Source of the DNA: Antechinus flavipes
Lineage: Eukaryota
Direction of reading: 5' to 3'
Assembly (NCBI RefSeq): GCF_016432865.1
Contig: NC_067398.1
Coordinates: 208,878,001-208,942,000, forward strand
Length of the DNA stretch: 64,000 nt
Shown: in pieces, positions 12,096 to 25,789 of the stretch
How the letters are laid out: each line of letters begins with the position of its first letter
How positions within the stretch are numbered: position 1 is the first letter of the stretch
Notes under the pieces: model-generated
The model's database searches: none
The model's input: the letters and a program-made list of their open reading frames with translations, nothing else
What the model was told of the DNA's origin: nothing
Position numbers and translations under genes: made by a program

Positions 12096-14062
12096 GTCAT
12101 TACCTAAATCTATAATTCTAATTCAGACTAGTAATAAATCTAAAATTCAGACTACATAAGAATATTTTAAGCCCCAAAAGGTCTGATGTATCCAAGCAAG
12201 AATTCCTTGGTCCAAATAGTAGGGCATTTCTAGCAGTGAAGTTGTGTAAATAGTTTGACTTGTGCTACTACACTCTGCCAATAGCTGAATCTGCTATTAG
12301 GAAGACACTAGTTATAAATCTGAATAATCAAGTCCATCTATTTCCAGAGATATTTATGTATGTTTTTTTTTTGTAGGACCTCAAAGGTTTCTCAGAGCAT
12401 AGCTATGGATTTCTGATCTAGCCCAACTCTTCTTGTCTCAACCAGTGTTTGAATTTTTTAGTTTTTAATTGTTTGTTTTCTGTTCCATCATGAAACCATC
12501 ATGGGAATATATAAATGAGGAAGTGGAAAGGCTGCATTTCTGACATTAGCAACACTTAGCAGAGCCAGAGGGAGAAAACAGGTCAATATAGTCACAAAGA
12601 GGGTGTAGTTCAAGTTCAAGTTCAAGAACAGGGGGGTAAGCACCAGGAGCTAAGGAGGAGGAAGCCAAGTGTAGGAAGAAAGTCAAGTTTTTTTTTTTTT
12701 TTTTAAGTTTTTAGGTTTTAAGAAGTGTCAATTCCCTTGTCAGGGTTAGGGAGCCAGTGGGACTTGCCAAGTGTCTGAGAATAGCCCCATTTAACAATCC
12801 CTAAGGGGTGTGATTAAAGAGTGGGTTAAGTGGATAAACAGAAATCCAGCTGAGAGTTAGGAGCTTTGAACTGAGACTGAAAGTAAAGAGAGTCAAAGCT
12901 AAGGAACCAGGGTAAAGTCAATGCATTAAAATTGGGAAAATGGACAAGAGAAATGATTGACAATTTGTTTTATTTTAGAAATCAAGTGAAAACAACAAAC
13001 CCCTATATATGGTATTAGCCATTCCATTTCCCCACTCATCTACATCTAGGATATGGAATCTTGGATAGTCCATTTAGGTAGATGGGGAAAAATTTGAAGG
13101 GAAGTGCAATGTTAGGGTCCCAGGATCCCTTCCTTCTCACTGTGACAATCCTTCTTTGCCCAGGATATGTTCACATTGCTGTCCTTTAGGCAGGTATATA
13201 GTCTCAGTTTTTAGTCCCTGCTGTTGTACAATCTCTAATTCCCAAGACTCATAACAGTGGGGGGCATGGGTGTAAGAATAAGGGATATCCCTTCAGGGAT
13301 TTCTCATTTTGGGGATGGGAGGAAAGGAACAAGACAGGGCAGCTGACATTCTGAGGTATTAAAGCATGGTGTTGGGACAAAATAACCCTTGTTGTAGGGC
13401 ATTATAATGTTGAAGTTTTTTTTTTTTTAACATAAATAATGAAGATTAAGATTAAGAACTACAAAAGCATTGTATTGTTATGTTAACCTTGATGGGCCTC
13501 CCTGTTTCCTCATCTGTAAAATGAAGTGGGAATTCATGACTTCCAACATTCTTTCAGCTGTAAAGCTATGATCTTATGTTAGTGAGTATACAACATCCCA
13601 GCTGGGTGATTCCTCATCTCAGTTACTGCTGAGCTGAGCCCTCAAGGTGGTTCCCTACAGCACCTATGGTGACTGCCAAACCTGGTATGGACTCAACTCC
13701 TGAACTATCAAACTCCTCGGACATATAGGTACCTGCTGACTTGCTCTCCTGATATTTCAAAACTCATGAGGTCATAGTAGCTTTTTTCTCTACCTAAAAT
13801 TAAAAAGCAAGGAAAAGAGCTAAGGGGTAATTTTTATGGGTAGGTGTGTTGGCTGCGGAGAGGGAAGGCTTCTTCCTCTTACAACAAAGGTGTCAAACCA
13901 AGGTTGGAGATCTACTAAGTCAGAAAGACAGGCTGAAGTAATGCCTTCAGAAGGCATCTTTAGTTCCACTGTCACAAAAGCAAAGAGGTTGCCATTCAGT
14001 ATGGGGTTTGCTCTTCCTCATGGGGAGTTGTATCAATCCTGTTCTACACATGAAAAACTTTT

Positions 14063-15689
14063 TTTTGAATAGTTTTTTATTTACAAGATATATGCATGGG
14101 TAATTTTTCAGCATTGACCCTTGCAAAATTTTCTGTTCCAACTTTTCCCCTCCTTCTCCCCACTCCCTCCCCCAGAGGTCAGGTAGAGCAACACATGTTA
14201 AATATATTAAAGTATATGTTAAATACAATGTATGTATATAGATCCATGCAGTTATTTTGCTGCACAAGAAAAATCAAACTTAGAAATAAGGTAAAATTAA
14301 CCTGAGAAGCAAATAAAAAATGCAAGCAACAAAAACAGAGGGATTGGGAATTCTATGTAGTGGTTCATATTTATTTCCTGGAGTTCTTTCACTGGGGGGT
14401 AGCTGGTTCTATTTGTTACTGCACTATTGGAACTGATTTGGTTCATTTCATTGCTGAAGAGGGCCACGTCCATCAGAATTGATCATCATATAGTATTGTT
14501 GTTGAAGTATCTAATGATCTCCTGGTCCTTCTCATTTCACTCAGCATCAGTTCATGTAAGTCTCTCCAGGCCTTTCTGAAATCATCCTGTTGGTCATTTC
14601 TTACAGAACAATAATATTCCATAACATTCATATACCACAATTTATTCAATAATTCTCCATTTGATGGGCATCCACTCAGTTTCCAGTTTCTAGCCACTAC
14701 AAACAGGGCTGCCACAAACATTTTTGCACATACAAGTCCCTTTTCCTTCTTTAAGATCTCTTTGGGGTATAAGCCCAATAGTAGCACTGCAGGATCAAAG
14801 GGTATGCACAGTTTGATAACTTTTTGAGCATAGTTCCAAATTGCTGTCCAGAATGGCTGGATGTGTTCACAATTCCACCAACAATGTATCAGTGTCCCAG
14901 TTTTTCCACATCCCCTCCAACATTCCACATTATCTTTCCCTGTCATTCTAGCCAATACGAGAGGGTGTATCTCAGAGTTGTCTTAATTTGCATTTCTCTG
15001 ATCAATGACTTTGGAGCATCTTTTCACATAGCTAGAAATATTTTCAATTTCTTTGCCTGAGAATTGTCTGTTCATATACTTTGACCATTTATCAATTGGA
15101 GAATGGCTTGATTTCTTATAGAGTCAATTATCTACATATTTTGGAAATGAGGCCTTTATCAGAACCTTTGACTATAAAAATGTTTTCCCAGTTTATTGTA
15201 TCCCTTCTAATTTTGTCTGCATTAGTTTTGTTTGTGATCAGTAATGATTTTTAGTTCTTCTTTGGTCATAAATTCCTTCCCCTTCCACAGGTCTGAGAGG
15301 TAAACTATCCTGTGTTCTTCTAATTTATTTATGATATCATTCTTTATGCCTAGATCATGAAGCCATTTTGACCTTATCTTGGTGTATGGTGTTAAGTGTG
15401 GGTCAATGCCTAGTTTCTGCCATACTAATTTCCAATTTTCCCAGCAGTTTTTGTCAAATAGTGAATTCTTGTCCCCAAAGCTGGGGTCTTTGGGTTTGTC
15501 AAACACTAGATTATTAAAGTTATTGATTATTTTGTCTGTGAACCTAACCTATTCTACTGATCAACTAGTCTATTTCTTAGCCAATACCAAGTGGTTTTGG
15601 TAACCACTGCTTTATAATATAGTTTTAGATCTGGTACAGCTAGGCCACCTTCATATGATTTTTTTTTTCATTAGTTTCCTTGAAAATCT
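14063..15689 (-). mobile_element. Dasyurid L1, 5'-truncated (ORF2 C-terminal about 1.2 kb plus 3'UTR), frameshifted
   Basis: ORFs 15222-15506 (KNSLFDKNCWENW...HLTPYTKI) and 14473-14955 (CWRGCGKTGTLIHCWW Cys-rich domain). TSD ATGAAAAACT(T/G)TT at 14050-14062 and 15690-15702 with a TT/AA cleavage context. Confidence 0.97.
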
Positions 15690-15936
15690 ATGAAAAACTG
15701 TTAAACCATGATCTAATGGAGTTGCTGTCTACTGAGAATTCATTGTCTGTGTTCACGAAGTGTTTTGAGCAAAGGCAAAATCAACATTAAATTAATTCCA
15801 TGATCCAGCAGGAGGAAGTGGAAAGAATATACAGATCAGGAAAGGGCTAAGTTAGAAGCCTACCAGTGGAATTTACTAATTGTATAACTAGTAAACTGAA
15901 CTGGAATAAATTTTTTAAAAAAGAAATAAAGTTAAT

Positions 15937-16054
15937 AGGGCTGCTAGATAGCACCGTGGGTAGACCTGAGTTCAAATATGGCCTTGTATATTTATTAGCT
16001 ATGTCACTCTGGGCCAGTCATTTAACCTCAAGAAACTCCCCTATTCTGCCTCAC
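15937..16054 (+). mobile_element. Short atypical CORE/tRNA-derived SINE with a 17-bp TSD
   Basis: Perfect direct repeat AAAGAAATAAAGTTAAT at 15920-15936 and 16055-16071; SINE head 'gggctgctagatagcaccgtggg|tagacctgagttcaaat'. Confidence 0.85.
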
Positions 16055-16152
16055 AAAGAAATAAAGTTAATCCCAAGATTGTAGATTGATTTTCAAGGTC
16101 ACCTTAAATCAAATCTTTACTTCTCTTTAAGTTTGAGACAGACTCAGAAAAA

Positions 16153-16601
16153 TGTTAACGTTTATCTTTGAGTCAAAGAAAAAATCCACACTCAACACTA
16201 GATTAAGGCTATTTATTGGCAAAGATACTTGACAGAAACAATGAGCTTCACCTGTAGTCATCTCTAGCCCTGAGATTGCTAAACATGCTGGGGTACAGTG
16301 GAAGAACAGTATTTCCTTCTGATGGGAGATGTAGATTTCCACAAAGTGGCAGAACACTTAGGTTGGGTGCTAAATGTGCAAGCTTTGATATATTTTCTAG
16401 GAGTATGAGTCAGCAAAAGTTGCAACCTTGAACCAACTGGCCTTTGGAGTTGCAAATTAAAGGGAAACATAATAGAGCATTCTAATGATAGGTAAATATT
16501 ACAGAATTCTCTAATGGGGATTCTCAAGTGAGGGCATGCTAGTACAATTATGCTATAAATCAATCAGTGGAAAGATGAAGTTATAAGGGAATCAGATTAC
16601 A
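16153..16601 (-). mobile_element. Possible old solo LTR
   Basis: TG...CA ends and a minus-strand AATAAA near 16213; no TSD found. Confidence 0.3.
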
Positions 16602-16929
16602 GTTGATTACTTTCAAGTTTAAGGGAGAAGTAGCCTAGTGGATAGAGTATTGGATTTGGAGCCAAGAAGATTTAAGTTCAAATTTAACTTCTAGCACTAA
16701 CTGTATTTTTCTAAGTAAGTGACCAGGTGTGCTCCAAACAGGTTTTAGACTTAGTTATTAATCCATAGATGAGGTGGATTATATATTGATGGTGAAAATT
16801 CTGGTTATACTCTTTGCATTCTTAATGGACGTTATAAAAATTACCATCTACTTTGGTCTGAAGGTGGGAGAGACTACAGATTAAAGAATCAAGCATAAGG
16901 AAGGAGCCATTTCAAAAAGTAGAAGCAAG

Positions 16930-17095
16930 CAGTAGAAAGGTTTCTAGATTAGAAATCAGAGGACCTAAATCCAAATCCTATTTCTCCTACTTATTGACCA
17001 AATGATTTTGGGGAAGTGCTTTAAATTCTTTGAGTCTCAGTTTACTTTTATTTAAAATGACTTCTAAAGTCCCTTCCAGCTCCAAATCTATGATT
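16930..17095 (+). mobile_element. MIR/MIR3
   Basis: CORE followed by tail 'gtcccttccagctccaaatctatgat'. Confidence 0.7.
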
Positions 17096-18609
17096 TTGCA
17101 TGATTTCTCTTACTATAATGACTTACTATGAAATTCCAACCAAATTCAGCATAATGGAAAATCATAACAAAAGAACCAAAGGATCTACAATTCCAAAGGA
17201 AAACTCCAGCCATGTAATGTAACCCCCAATCCTTTCCAAATTAACCCAATAAGTGATCTATGATCTAGGTCAGAACTTATGACAAATGGGTTCCTGAGTG
17301 TCTCTTCCAAAGCCTATCCAGAACTGGGTGAGTCTCAATGTAAAAATAACTGAATCCCTGCCTCAGAGTCCAGATGTCTTCAATTGCCAGACAATGTACA
17401 ACATGTCTGAGACTGCAACAGTGTAAAGCACCTTAGAGATAGCTTCTAGGATTGTGGCAGGGCATAGTGTACTAGCCCAGTATTGTGGTAAGGGACAAAA
17501 TTTAGCCTCAGCAAAACCATTCCTATTCAAAGACTGCAGTGAGATATGGAACTTAAACAAAACCATCCCATTTAGTACTGTAGAAAAGGGTAGAACCTGG
17601 CCCTTGAACAAGGTCCCAATCTAGAATTATAGCAAAGGGGCACATCTTTAGTGGTCACCAACAGGTAAGAGTATGGAAAATAGAATCTAAAGATCAGACA
17701 TCCTATTCAAAACCATGACCTCTGCCTGGATCATCCAGATCAAGAATGTTGGAAGAGATAGGGATAACAAGAATTATCAATGAGACTTCCTAGCTGCCCA
17801 ATTCCAGGCTTGGGAATAAAGATTTATTGTGCCTTCTTGCAACTCTTCATTCCTTCCTATGTTTTGCACTGAAATATTAAAGTAATGACAATTCCAGAAA
17901 TTTCAAAGTCAAGAACAGTTTGAAAGAAATAGAAATAAGTGATACTTTTGTCAACCATCATCAATGGAGAGGTAATAAAAAATGAACAAATAAATCTAAC
18001 ACAATAAAGAAATGCTGTAAATGTTTATAAGAAAATGATTTCTCAATAATTATGAATATAATAAAGAAAAGAATGGATTAGTTATAGGGATTCTAAGCAT
18101 GAAAAGAATAAATGAAGTAAGACATAAAGAACAAAAGTAGAAATTTTGAGGGAAAACTTAGGAAAATAAATAACATAAAACAGAAAATGAAAGTTTACTG
18201 AAGCAGTAGACACTCAGAAAAACAAAATGAAACAAATAGAAATAAAAAATTTGGTAACAGAACAAGAAATATTGGAACAAAATCAGGATACTAAAAAATT
18301 GGGATATGAATGTGATATCTTTTATCAAGATCTGAATTGACTTGGAAAGGTTTGAGAAGGAAAAAAAAAGTAATAATTTGACCACCCAAAAGTCATGCCC
18401 AAACAAAAATTTAGATCCCATATTTCTAGAAATCATGAAAGAAAATTGGTTAGAACTAGTAGCAGTGAAAAAAAAGTGAAAATAGAAAGAAAACACACAT
18501 CCTGAAAGATACATTCAATTTTAAACACCTAGAAATATCATTGAAAAATTCCAGAGGATTCAAATCAAAGAAAGCAAATTGTAAATAGTCAGGGATGGGG
18601 GAGGGGAAA

Positions 18610-18610
<1 letters not shown>

Positions 18611-18653
<43 letters not shown>
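18611..18653. repeat. Compound (GA)11(CAGA)n microsatellite
   Basis: Read directly from the sequence. Confidence 0.95.
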
Positions 18654-18654
<1 letters not shown>

Positions 18655-19359
18655 TAACAAAAATGCATAGTAAGGACCACACAAGATTTTGCAGAAGTTA
18701 TAGATCTGAAAAGGAAAATTTGGTAATAATAAATCAATAAACAAAAAGGACATACACCCAAGATTAACATTCTGCAAAGTTGAGTATAATTCTAGAGTCC
18801 TGTGATTTTTAAATAGAATTACTGAGTTCCAAATATTCCAGTTGAGAAAATAAGCTGGGCAATATCTTTGAAATGCACACAAGAATAAGGACAAAAAAAG
18901 ATAAACAAGTTTGAGCAGATTAAAAGGACTTAATGATGAACAAAATGCTCACAAAATAGCCAAGTGGTAATGGGAGGAAATTATTGTCTCTTTAGAATCC
19001 CTCCATCTTCAAGGCTCAGAGAGGGAAAAAATGACAAAATGAAGATCTAAATGCATTATTGTTTTTGTTTTGTATTTCACAGTGTGGGGAAATGTACTAA
19101 AAAATCATGAAGTAGAGGGAGGAACTTTTTATTTCTTGTAGTTGGTATATGACAGGAGAAATTTTTATTGTCATCATGGAGGTAGAGATAAAGGAGCAGA
19201 TAACTTATGAATCTAACTCTTAGATCAACTTAGAAAGGGAAGGCTGGAGAGAAAAAGAATATAGGATGCAAACAAATAGGGTTAGGGAGACAGAGGAAGG
19301 TACTCTGAGAAAAAGGTTAAGGTTAGGGAAGGAATAGTCACAAAGAAGCCAACCTTCAG

Positions 19360-19612
19360 GGAAGCTAGTAGAGAGAACACTGGACTTGGAATCAGAAACA
19401 ATCAGAATCTTCATGAATTCAAATTCAACTTTACACACTTACTAGCTATGTGACTATAGGCAAGTCCCTTAATCCATATACCATTTCTCATCTGTAAAAT
19501 GTTAAAAATACATATATAAAAAAGAAGAGTTCTTCACAATATGTCCTTGAAGAAAACCCCCCAAAATGAGGTCATGAAGGGTCAGACATGACTGAAGTGA
19601 CTGAATAACAAG
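19360..19612 (+). mobile_element. MAR1-like SINE
   Basis: CORE plus tail 'gaaaaccccccaaaatgaggtcatgaagggtcagacatgactgaagtgactgaataac'. Confidence 0.8.
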
Positions 19613-21361
19613 AAGTCCGCCTTCATCCTCTGAGATGATTACAAAAGGAGACATTTTTATAAAGGGAGAAAAGTGGCAAGTCTCATTGATATGGGTTTGG
19701 GTTGAGTGAAGAAGAGTAGGTAAGAGGAATAGAATCAATCCATGCCAATTAAAAATTATTAATGATGACTCCAGTCCCATTCTTTCCTACTATTGCAAAG
19801 GGTAGGTGGTCATGAAGAAGGGAAATATTATTACAGGAAAATAGGCTAAAATAAAGGGGAAAAAACAATAATCAAAACAGTAAATGTGGATGGGTTAAAC
19901 TAATTTGTAAAGTAGAGGAGGGTGACATAGAGATCTAAAAGCAGAGTCTAACAATACATTATTTTAAAAAATGTTTAAAATATTAAGCTTTAGCAGAATG
20001 AAAATAAGTGCTGGATTCTATCCGTTTTTCACTAATCATTTTTATAGAGGACAATCTTTGCTATATGTAAGAAATAAAATGATTAAGATATATACTCAAT
20101 CCATTCTTCAATACTGAATGACACAGAATTTAACTATTTAAGCTTCTTTGATTGAAGAAATACAATCCTGAGACTCAAACCTAGAAAAGATTAACAAGAG
20201 AAAGAAATCTATAGACTAATAAGATGAATTATTATTGATGAAAAAATTTTAAGAAATTAGGAAAGGGGCTACAGCAATATGTTTTAAAAAAGACCATTCA
20301 GTAGATCTAATTTGAATTTATATCAGGATTGGAGAAATGATTCAATAATAGGATTACAAGTAATTATAAATATAATTCTCAAAACCATAAAACTATATTA
20401 ATAGCAAAAGCAATCAAAATCATATCATTGTACCAATAGAAGCAGAAAATTTTTTGATAAAATATAAAATTCTATTATGTCCAAAACACTATAAAACATT
20501 ATAAGAATACAGAATTTTCATTAATATGATAAACAGTATCTCTATTAAAACCTAGAACTAGCATAATTTGTATTGAAGAAACACTTGGAACCAATAAGAT
20601 CAAGGGGAAAGCAAGAATTTTCATTGTTACCACTATTATTTAATATAATTTTAAAATAGTTGTCTAGATAAGAAAAAGAAATTGAGAGAATAAATACAAG
20701 TAAATTGAAAGTAAAATTATATTTGAAGATGATTATGATAGTTTATTGAAGAAATTCTTAAAGTCAAAAAAACATAACTAGTACAAAAAGATATAAAATA
20801 AACCCACAAATATTATCAGTCTTTATGTATACTACTAATGAAACTCAGCAGGAAGAGAGAGAAAAAATTCCAACCAAAATAAATATAAAACATAGAAAAT
20901 TTCTGGGAGCTGAGCCATAGAGACACACACAGGACTTATAAAAATATAATTAAAATACTCTATAGAAATAAATAGACATAGATGATTGGAAAAGCATTAA
21001 AGTTTCATGTTAGACCATACCTATTAAAAAAATGACAATATTACCTAAGTAATTTTACAGATTTAGTACCATTCCAAATAAGCTACCTCAAGGGATTATT
21101 TTATAGAACAATATGAAATAATTACAAAATTCACCTGAAAGTACAAAAGGTCAAGAGTATCAGGGGAAATTAAAAAAAAAAACAATGAAGCTATCTATCA
21201 TTATCAGATCTCAAAACATACTATAGAGCAGCAATTATCAAAAGTTTTATATTGATTAGTAAAAATGACTGGAATTGTGATTTCATCAATATGAGGAACT
21301 CTCGGAAGGGGAAATGCCTTTTACCAAAGCAGGTTGGCACCTTCTCTGCAACTTAATCTTT

Positions 21362-21600
21362 TTGTTGTTGTTGTCATTTTCAATTATTTCCCATTTTTGT
21401 GACCCCATTTATTTTGGGAAGAGTTGTTTGTTTGCTTTTGATAAAGATACTGGAGTGATTTGCCCTTTCCTTTCCATTTTTACAACTCATTTTACAGATG
21501 AGGAATTTAAGGAAAACAGTGTTAAATGATTTGTCCACTCTTTGTCAGAGATGGTCATTGAATCCAGGTCTTTCTGACTTTGACACACATTATTCACTAT
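21362..21600 (-). mobile_element. MAR1-like SINE
   Basis: 'gaccccattt...aaagatactggagtgatttgccc...ttttacagatgaggaa'. Confidence 0.8.
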
Positions 21601-22269
21601 GAACTAATTGTGCTAAATAAGTGCAATTTACTTTATGGTCAATCATTATCTTTTTGTTTTTTTAAATGACATGAGCACTTCAGAGAAACTTGGGAAGCAA
21701 GGACAAGAACTTGTGCAGAAGGAAGTAAACAGAATTAGGGGTATATAATTATCACAATAAAATAAAACATTGAAAAACTCAGATCTCTGATCAGTTCAGT
21801 AATCAATCATGAAGTCGAAAGACTGATAACAAAGCACTTCTAGCTTCTTAGCCAAGATGGTATGATCTGGAGGTGCAGAATGAGGTTCATATTTTCAGAT
21901 ATTTCCAATATGTTGGTTTATTTTTCTTGCTTATACTTGTTACAAGGGAGGGATCTAGTGAGGTTGGGGGCAGGGGAAGTGATGGTGATAAAGATAAAAA
22001 AGAATGTAGCATCAATAAAAAATTTAATGGAAAAAATTGTTTAAAAAAAAAAGGAGCAAAATAGGGTAGTCATGAGTAGGGGATATGCTAAGTCATAAAA
22101 CAGAGACAACCAAAGTTTGCTTCAAAGGTCACAGAATCCAATAAGAGCCAGGTTCTCTGGATAGCTAAAAATCTGATTTGCTACACCAGATATATCTAAG
22201 AAAGAGAATCTTGCTACTAACCTATACCTAGCAAAAGTAATAATAACAACGCCTTAAATAAAAATAATT

Positions 22270-22470
22270 TTTGTTGTTCATTTTGTTGTTCAGTTGTATC
22301 CAGCTCTTTATAACCCTATTTGGGATTTTCTTGGCAAAGATGTTGGAGGGTTTTATTCCTTTTCAGTTCATTTTACAAATAAGAAAGCTGAGATAAATCT
22401 TGCCCAGAGTCACACAGCTTGTAAATGTGTGAAGCTAGATTTGAAATCAGGAAGATAATTCTTCTGAGAG
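22270..22470 (-). mobile_element. MAR1-like SINE
   Basis: 'gttgttcagttgtatccagctc...ttcttggcaaagat...cccagagtcacacagc'. Confidence 0.8.
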
Positions 22471-22629
22471 GTTACTCTCTCAGATCTTTTCCTCATTTTT
22501 ATAAATGAGGGAGTGACTTCTCCATAAAAATAATCATTTAGACATTCATGTATGTGGCCAGTCTATCAGTATTGCATTTTGTGCAGTAGAATTTGAATTC
22601 TTGGCAGTTCATAATGAGAAAGCACCTCA

Positions 22630-22790
22630 GTTTTCATTAACAGGTGATCTTCAGATGCTTCCTAAAACAATTCAAGTGGGAGCAATTCAGTTTCCTGGCA
22701 TGGCACTGGTGTACGGTCCAGGTTTTACAGGCACACAATAATGAAGTCAGCACAAGGACTCTTACACTCTCAGGTTGGTAGCCAGCCTCA
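22630..22790 (-). mobile_element. RTE-clade (RTE/BovB-like) LINE ORF fragment
   Basis: ORF 22637-22852 gives VLTSLLCACKTWTVHQCHARKLNCSHLNCFRKHLKIT, close to the RTE post-RT motif [38 protein letters not shown] (recalled). Confidence 0.85.
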
Positions 22791-23050
22791 GGAATACCCA
22801 ATATTTCTATGCCATGGATGCAGCTAGGTAGCCCAGTAAATAGAACAAACATTATTTCTTTATTCAGGAAGACCTGAGTTCAAATTCAGCCTGAGATATT
22901 TGATAATTGGTATGATTCTGGGCAAATCACTTAACTCCCATTTGCTTTAATCTTCTGGAGATAGAAATGGCTTAGCACTCTGGTTTCTTTGCCAAGATTC
23001 CCGGGATCACAAAGAGTCAAACATGATTGAATGGATGAATACCAACAACT
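22790..23050 (+). mobile_element. MAR1-like SINE (interrupted)
   Basis: 'gcagctaggtagc...gacctgagttcaaattc...ctttgccaag...acaaagagtcaaacatgattgaatgg'. Confidence 0.7.
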
Positions 23051-23566
23051 AGGCAACGTTCCCTTAGGAAAGAGTCTGTTTTATTTTTGACTTTTGTGTC
23101 TCCAATGTCTTGCACAGTGCTTCTGTATTTAACAAATGCTTGGTGAATTGAATTGAATTAAGTGGGTAAAACTGTATCTGTTACATGAGAAGATTGAGTG
23201 TTTCTTGGATTATAGCAGAGGAGGGTCTTTCTTTAGATTACTCAACTCAAACATAATCTTTGAATAATTGGAGGGTTTAGAATTCCCATAGCTGGTTAAG
23301 TCTTCATGTGTGGGGGAAGTAGGGGGATGGGGGTTCAATGGCCTTAAGGTTTCTCTCCTACCTTGTTATATACCAATTTATTTACACATTGTCCCATGTG
23401 CCTATTTTTATTTTATTTTTTTGTCCCATGTGTTAAAAGGAACACTTATAAAGGGAGGGCAAGGGCTATGATTGTTGCCTTTCTTTGTATTACAAGCACT
23501 TAAAACATTGCCTGGCATGTAGTAAACACAATAAATGCTTGTTGACTGTTATTGTCAAAATTCTTC

Positions 23567-23781
23567 TTGTTGTTTAATCATATCTGACCCTCTGTAACCC
23601 TATTTTTGGGGTCGGGTACTGAATCCTTCTCTGGTTTCTTTTACAGATGAGAAAACTGAAGCAAACAGGTTAAGTCACTTGTCTTAAGTCATACAAGTAG
23701 GAAGTATCTGAGGCTGGATTTGAACTCAATTCCTCTTCACTCCAAGGCTTGGTGATCTATCTATGATCCACCTAGCTGCTC
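23567..23781 (-). mobile_element. MAR1-like SINE
   Basis: 'ttttacagatgagaaaactgaagcaaacaggttaagtcacttg...ccacctagctgc'. Confidence 0.8.
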
Positions 23782-25789
23782 ATTGTCAAAATGCCTATAG
23801 AATTTAAAATTGATAGATTATAGTATTAATTATATGTAATAATTGTATATATAATATACACATACATATTTTATCACAAATTATATAATACATATATGTT
23901 TTCTAATTTTTAAATGACATTTCTAATTTAAATTTTTATTAGATTTAAAATTAAATCAGATCTAAATTAAATATATTAAGAACTTTCTAATTTAAAATAC
24001 GAGTCGAAGATTCCTATTTTCAAAACAAACAAGAAAATAGTTTGTCCACTGAATCCAATTGTCTGTTAGTACAGTAGTTTAAAAAACAGGTAGTAGAGTA
24101 GAATCATCTCTGCATTGAAAGGTAGAAAACCTGGATTCAAATCTGATCTTTAATATTTACTATATGATCTTGCTCAAGTTATTTGACCATACTGGTATTC
24201 AGTTTCCTTATTTGTAGACAGATGGAGAAAGATTATCTTCTTCTAGGTCTAAATTCTATGATTTGCTGTGGTCCTCTGGCCACAGCAAAAGGCTCAGGCT
24301 GACATAGGCAGTGAAAAAACATTTCTTGGGGAAAAAAAAGTAGAAACAATGTACCCCCAAAGTAGAGACAAATTAAAAATAATAACAACATGGGTTGGGA
24401 GAAGTAAGAAAGAGCTTAAGAAAGAAAAAAAGAAATGGAATGAACATGAGTATGTTTTTAATTTATATCAACTGACAAGTAAGAACCATGGAAGCTATTT
24501 AAAGAATGGATATCCCCTTGGTATCGGAAGCAACTGAAACTAGTCCAGAATGCATTTTTTCCTCTTTCTACTTCCTAAAAATATGATATGCCCCATAGGC
24601 AAAGGCACTAGTAAAAAGTTTCTCCTATTGCCTGGCATCCTGCCCTGCCCCCCAGCCCCTCCTTCTTCTACACTACCTTCTGTTTCTGTCTGCAGTTCAA
24701 GTTAGGTATAATTAGAGGAATTAAGGACATTCGTGAACATAGAATATATGTGTTTTTAATTGTGCTGTCAAACTGAGAGATGACATAGATGGATGGAGGA
24801 TGAGTGAAACCTAATCTCCTAAGATCTTGATGAAATCTCTTGAGCTTTAAAAACTGCACCTAGTTCCGGAGCTTTTTCTAATTCAGGGGAAAGAGAAATT
24901 CAAATGTATCTTCAAAGGTAGGTATGTATGTGTTTGTGTGTGTGCGTGCATGAGTGTATATGTGTGTGTGTGTGTTCTTTAACTTATTGAATGCTGGAAA
25001 AATTAGAGAGGAGATTAGATTAAGCAGGAATGCAAGGGGGAATTTCTGATGGAAAAAGGTTGCTTTAAATTTATTTATTAAAGGGGAACATTTAAAGGCA
25101 ATGCAAAAAACCTGTTTGGGAAGTGCTTGCATTTCATTGAGTTCTTTCAGATTGTGCAAATGCATCAGGGGGGAAGGTTGGCTGTATTGGAGGGATATTG
25201 GGTCTTACTCCATGTCCTAGAGATTACCTGTACCTTAAATGTTTTTCTAAGAGGGTGAATCGAATAACATTGGTCTACTCTTGTTGGAAACTCTGTCTAT
25301 TATCATAGGAACTCATTTGCCCTAACTTGTTAAATTATGTCAGGAGAACATCTGGGCTATAAGGTCTGGGTTCCATGTTGCTTAGTGCAAGGTTGTTGTT
25401 GGGGAAATGCCATCTTGGATAACAGGAAGGCAACATGGTATATTGTATAAAATGTTCTATCTGTAGTTTAAATAAGCACACCTTTAGGGGAAGGGTATAA
25501 TGGAAAGAATGTTTGCTGTCAAAGCACCCAGGTTCCAATACCAGCTCTGCCACAAAACAGCTATATGACCTTAGGCAAGATATTTAAACTATAAATGAGT
25601 AGGTTGAACTAGATGACCCCTAAAATCCCTTTTAGTTCTAAATCCATTAATCCAAATTTTTGCTAATATTAATGACATCATGTATTTTGGGGATCTGTCT
25701 TCCAGATTAGTCTAGGCTTAATAGATGTCATCAGAACACCAGTAATTTTCAATTTAATAAAAATTGTGTAGTTAGAAGAGATTGTTGAG

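Larger units (their letters stand above)
17900..22050 (+). mobile_element. Very old, heavily decayed L1 (ORF1, EN start, RT region, 3'UTR) interrupted by SINEs
   Basis: A-rich ORF1 relic 18000-18900; 'acagtaaatgtggatgggttaaac' (like xNVNGLN) near 19875; RT-like 'atagaagcagaaaattttttgataaaata' (like IDAEKAFDKI) near 20437; 3'UTR 21750-22040. Confidence 0.7.

Noticed and set aside
13941-13957. Palindrome ATGCCTTC-A-GAAGGCAT
   Set aside because: 8-bp stems are expected several times by chance in 64 kb.
14473-15506. 160-aa and 94-aa ORFs as a gene
   Set aside because: They are frameshifted L1 ORF2 C-terminal fragments.
17270-17670. Consensus donors G|GTGAGT (about 17328) and CAG|GTAAGA (about 17665)
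   Set aside because: No good upstream acceptor or recognisable open frame; isolated donors are common.
24660-24780. Strong plus-strand acceptor 'ccttctgtttctgtctgcag'
   Set aside because: Downstream frames close quickly, there is no good donor and no homology is recognised.
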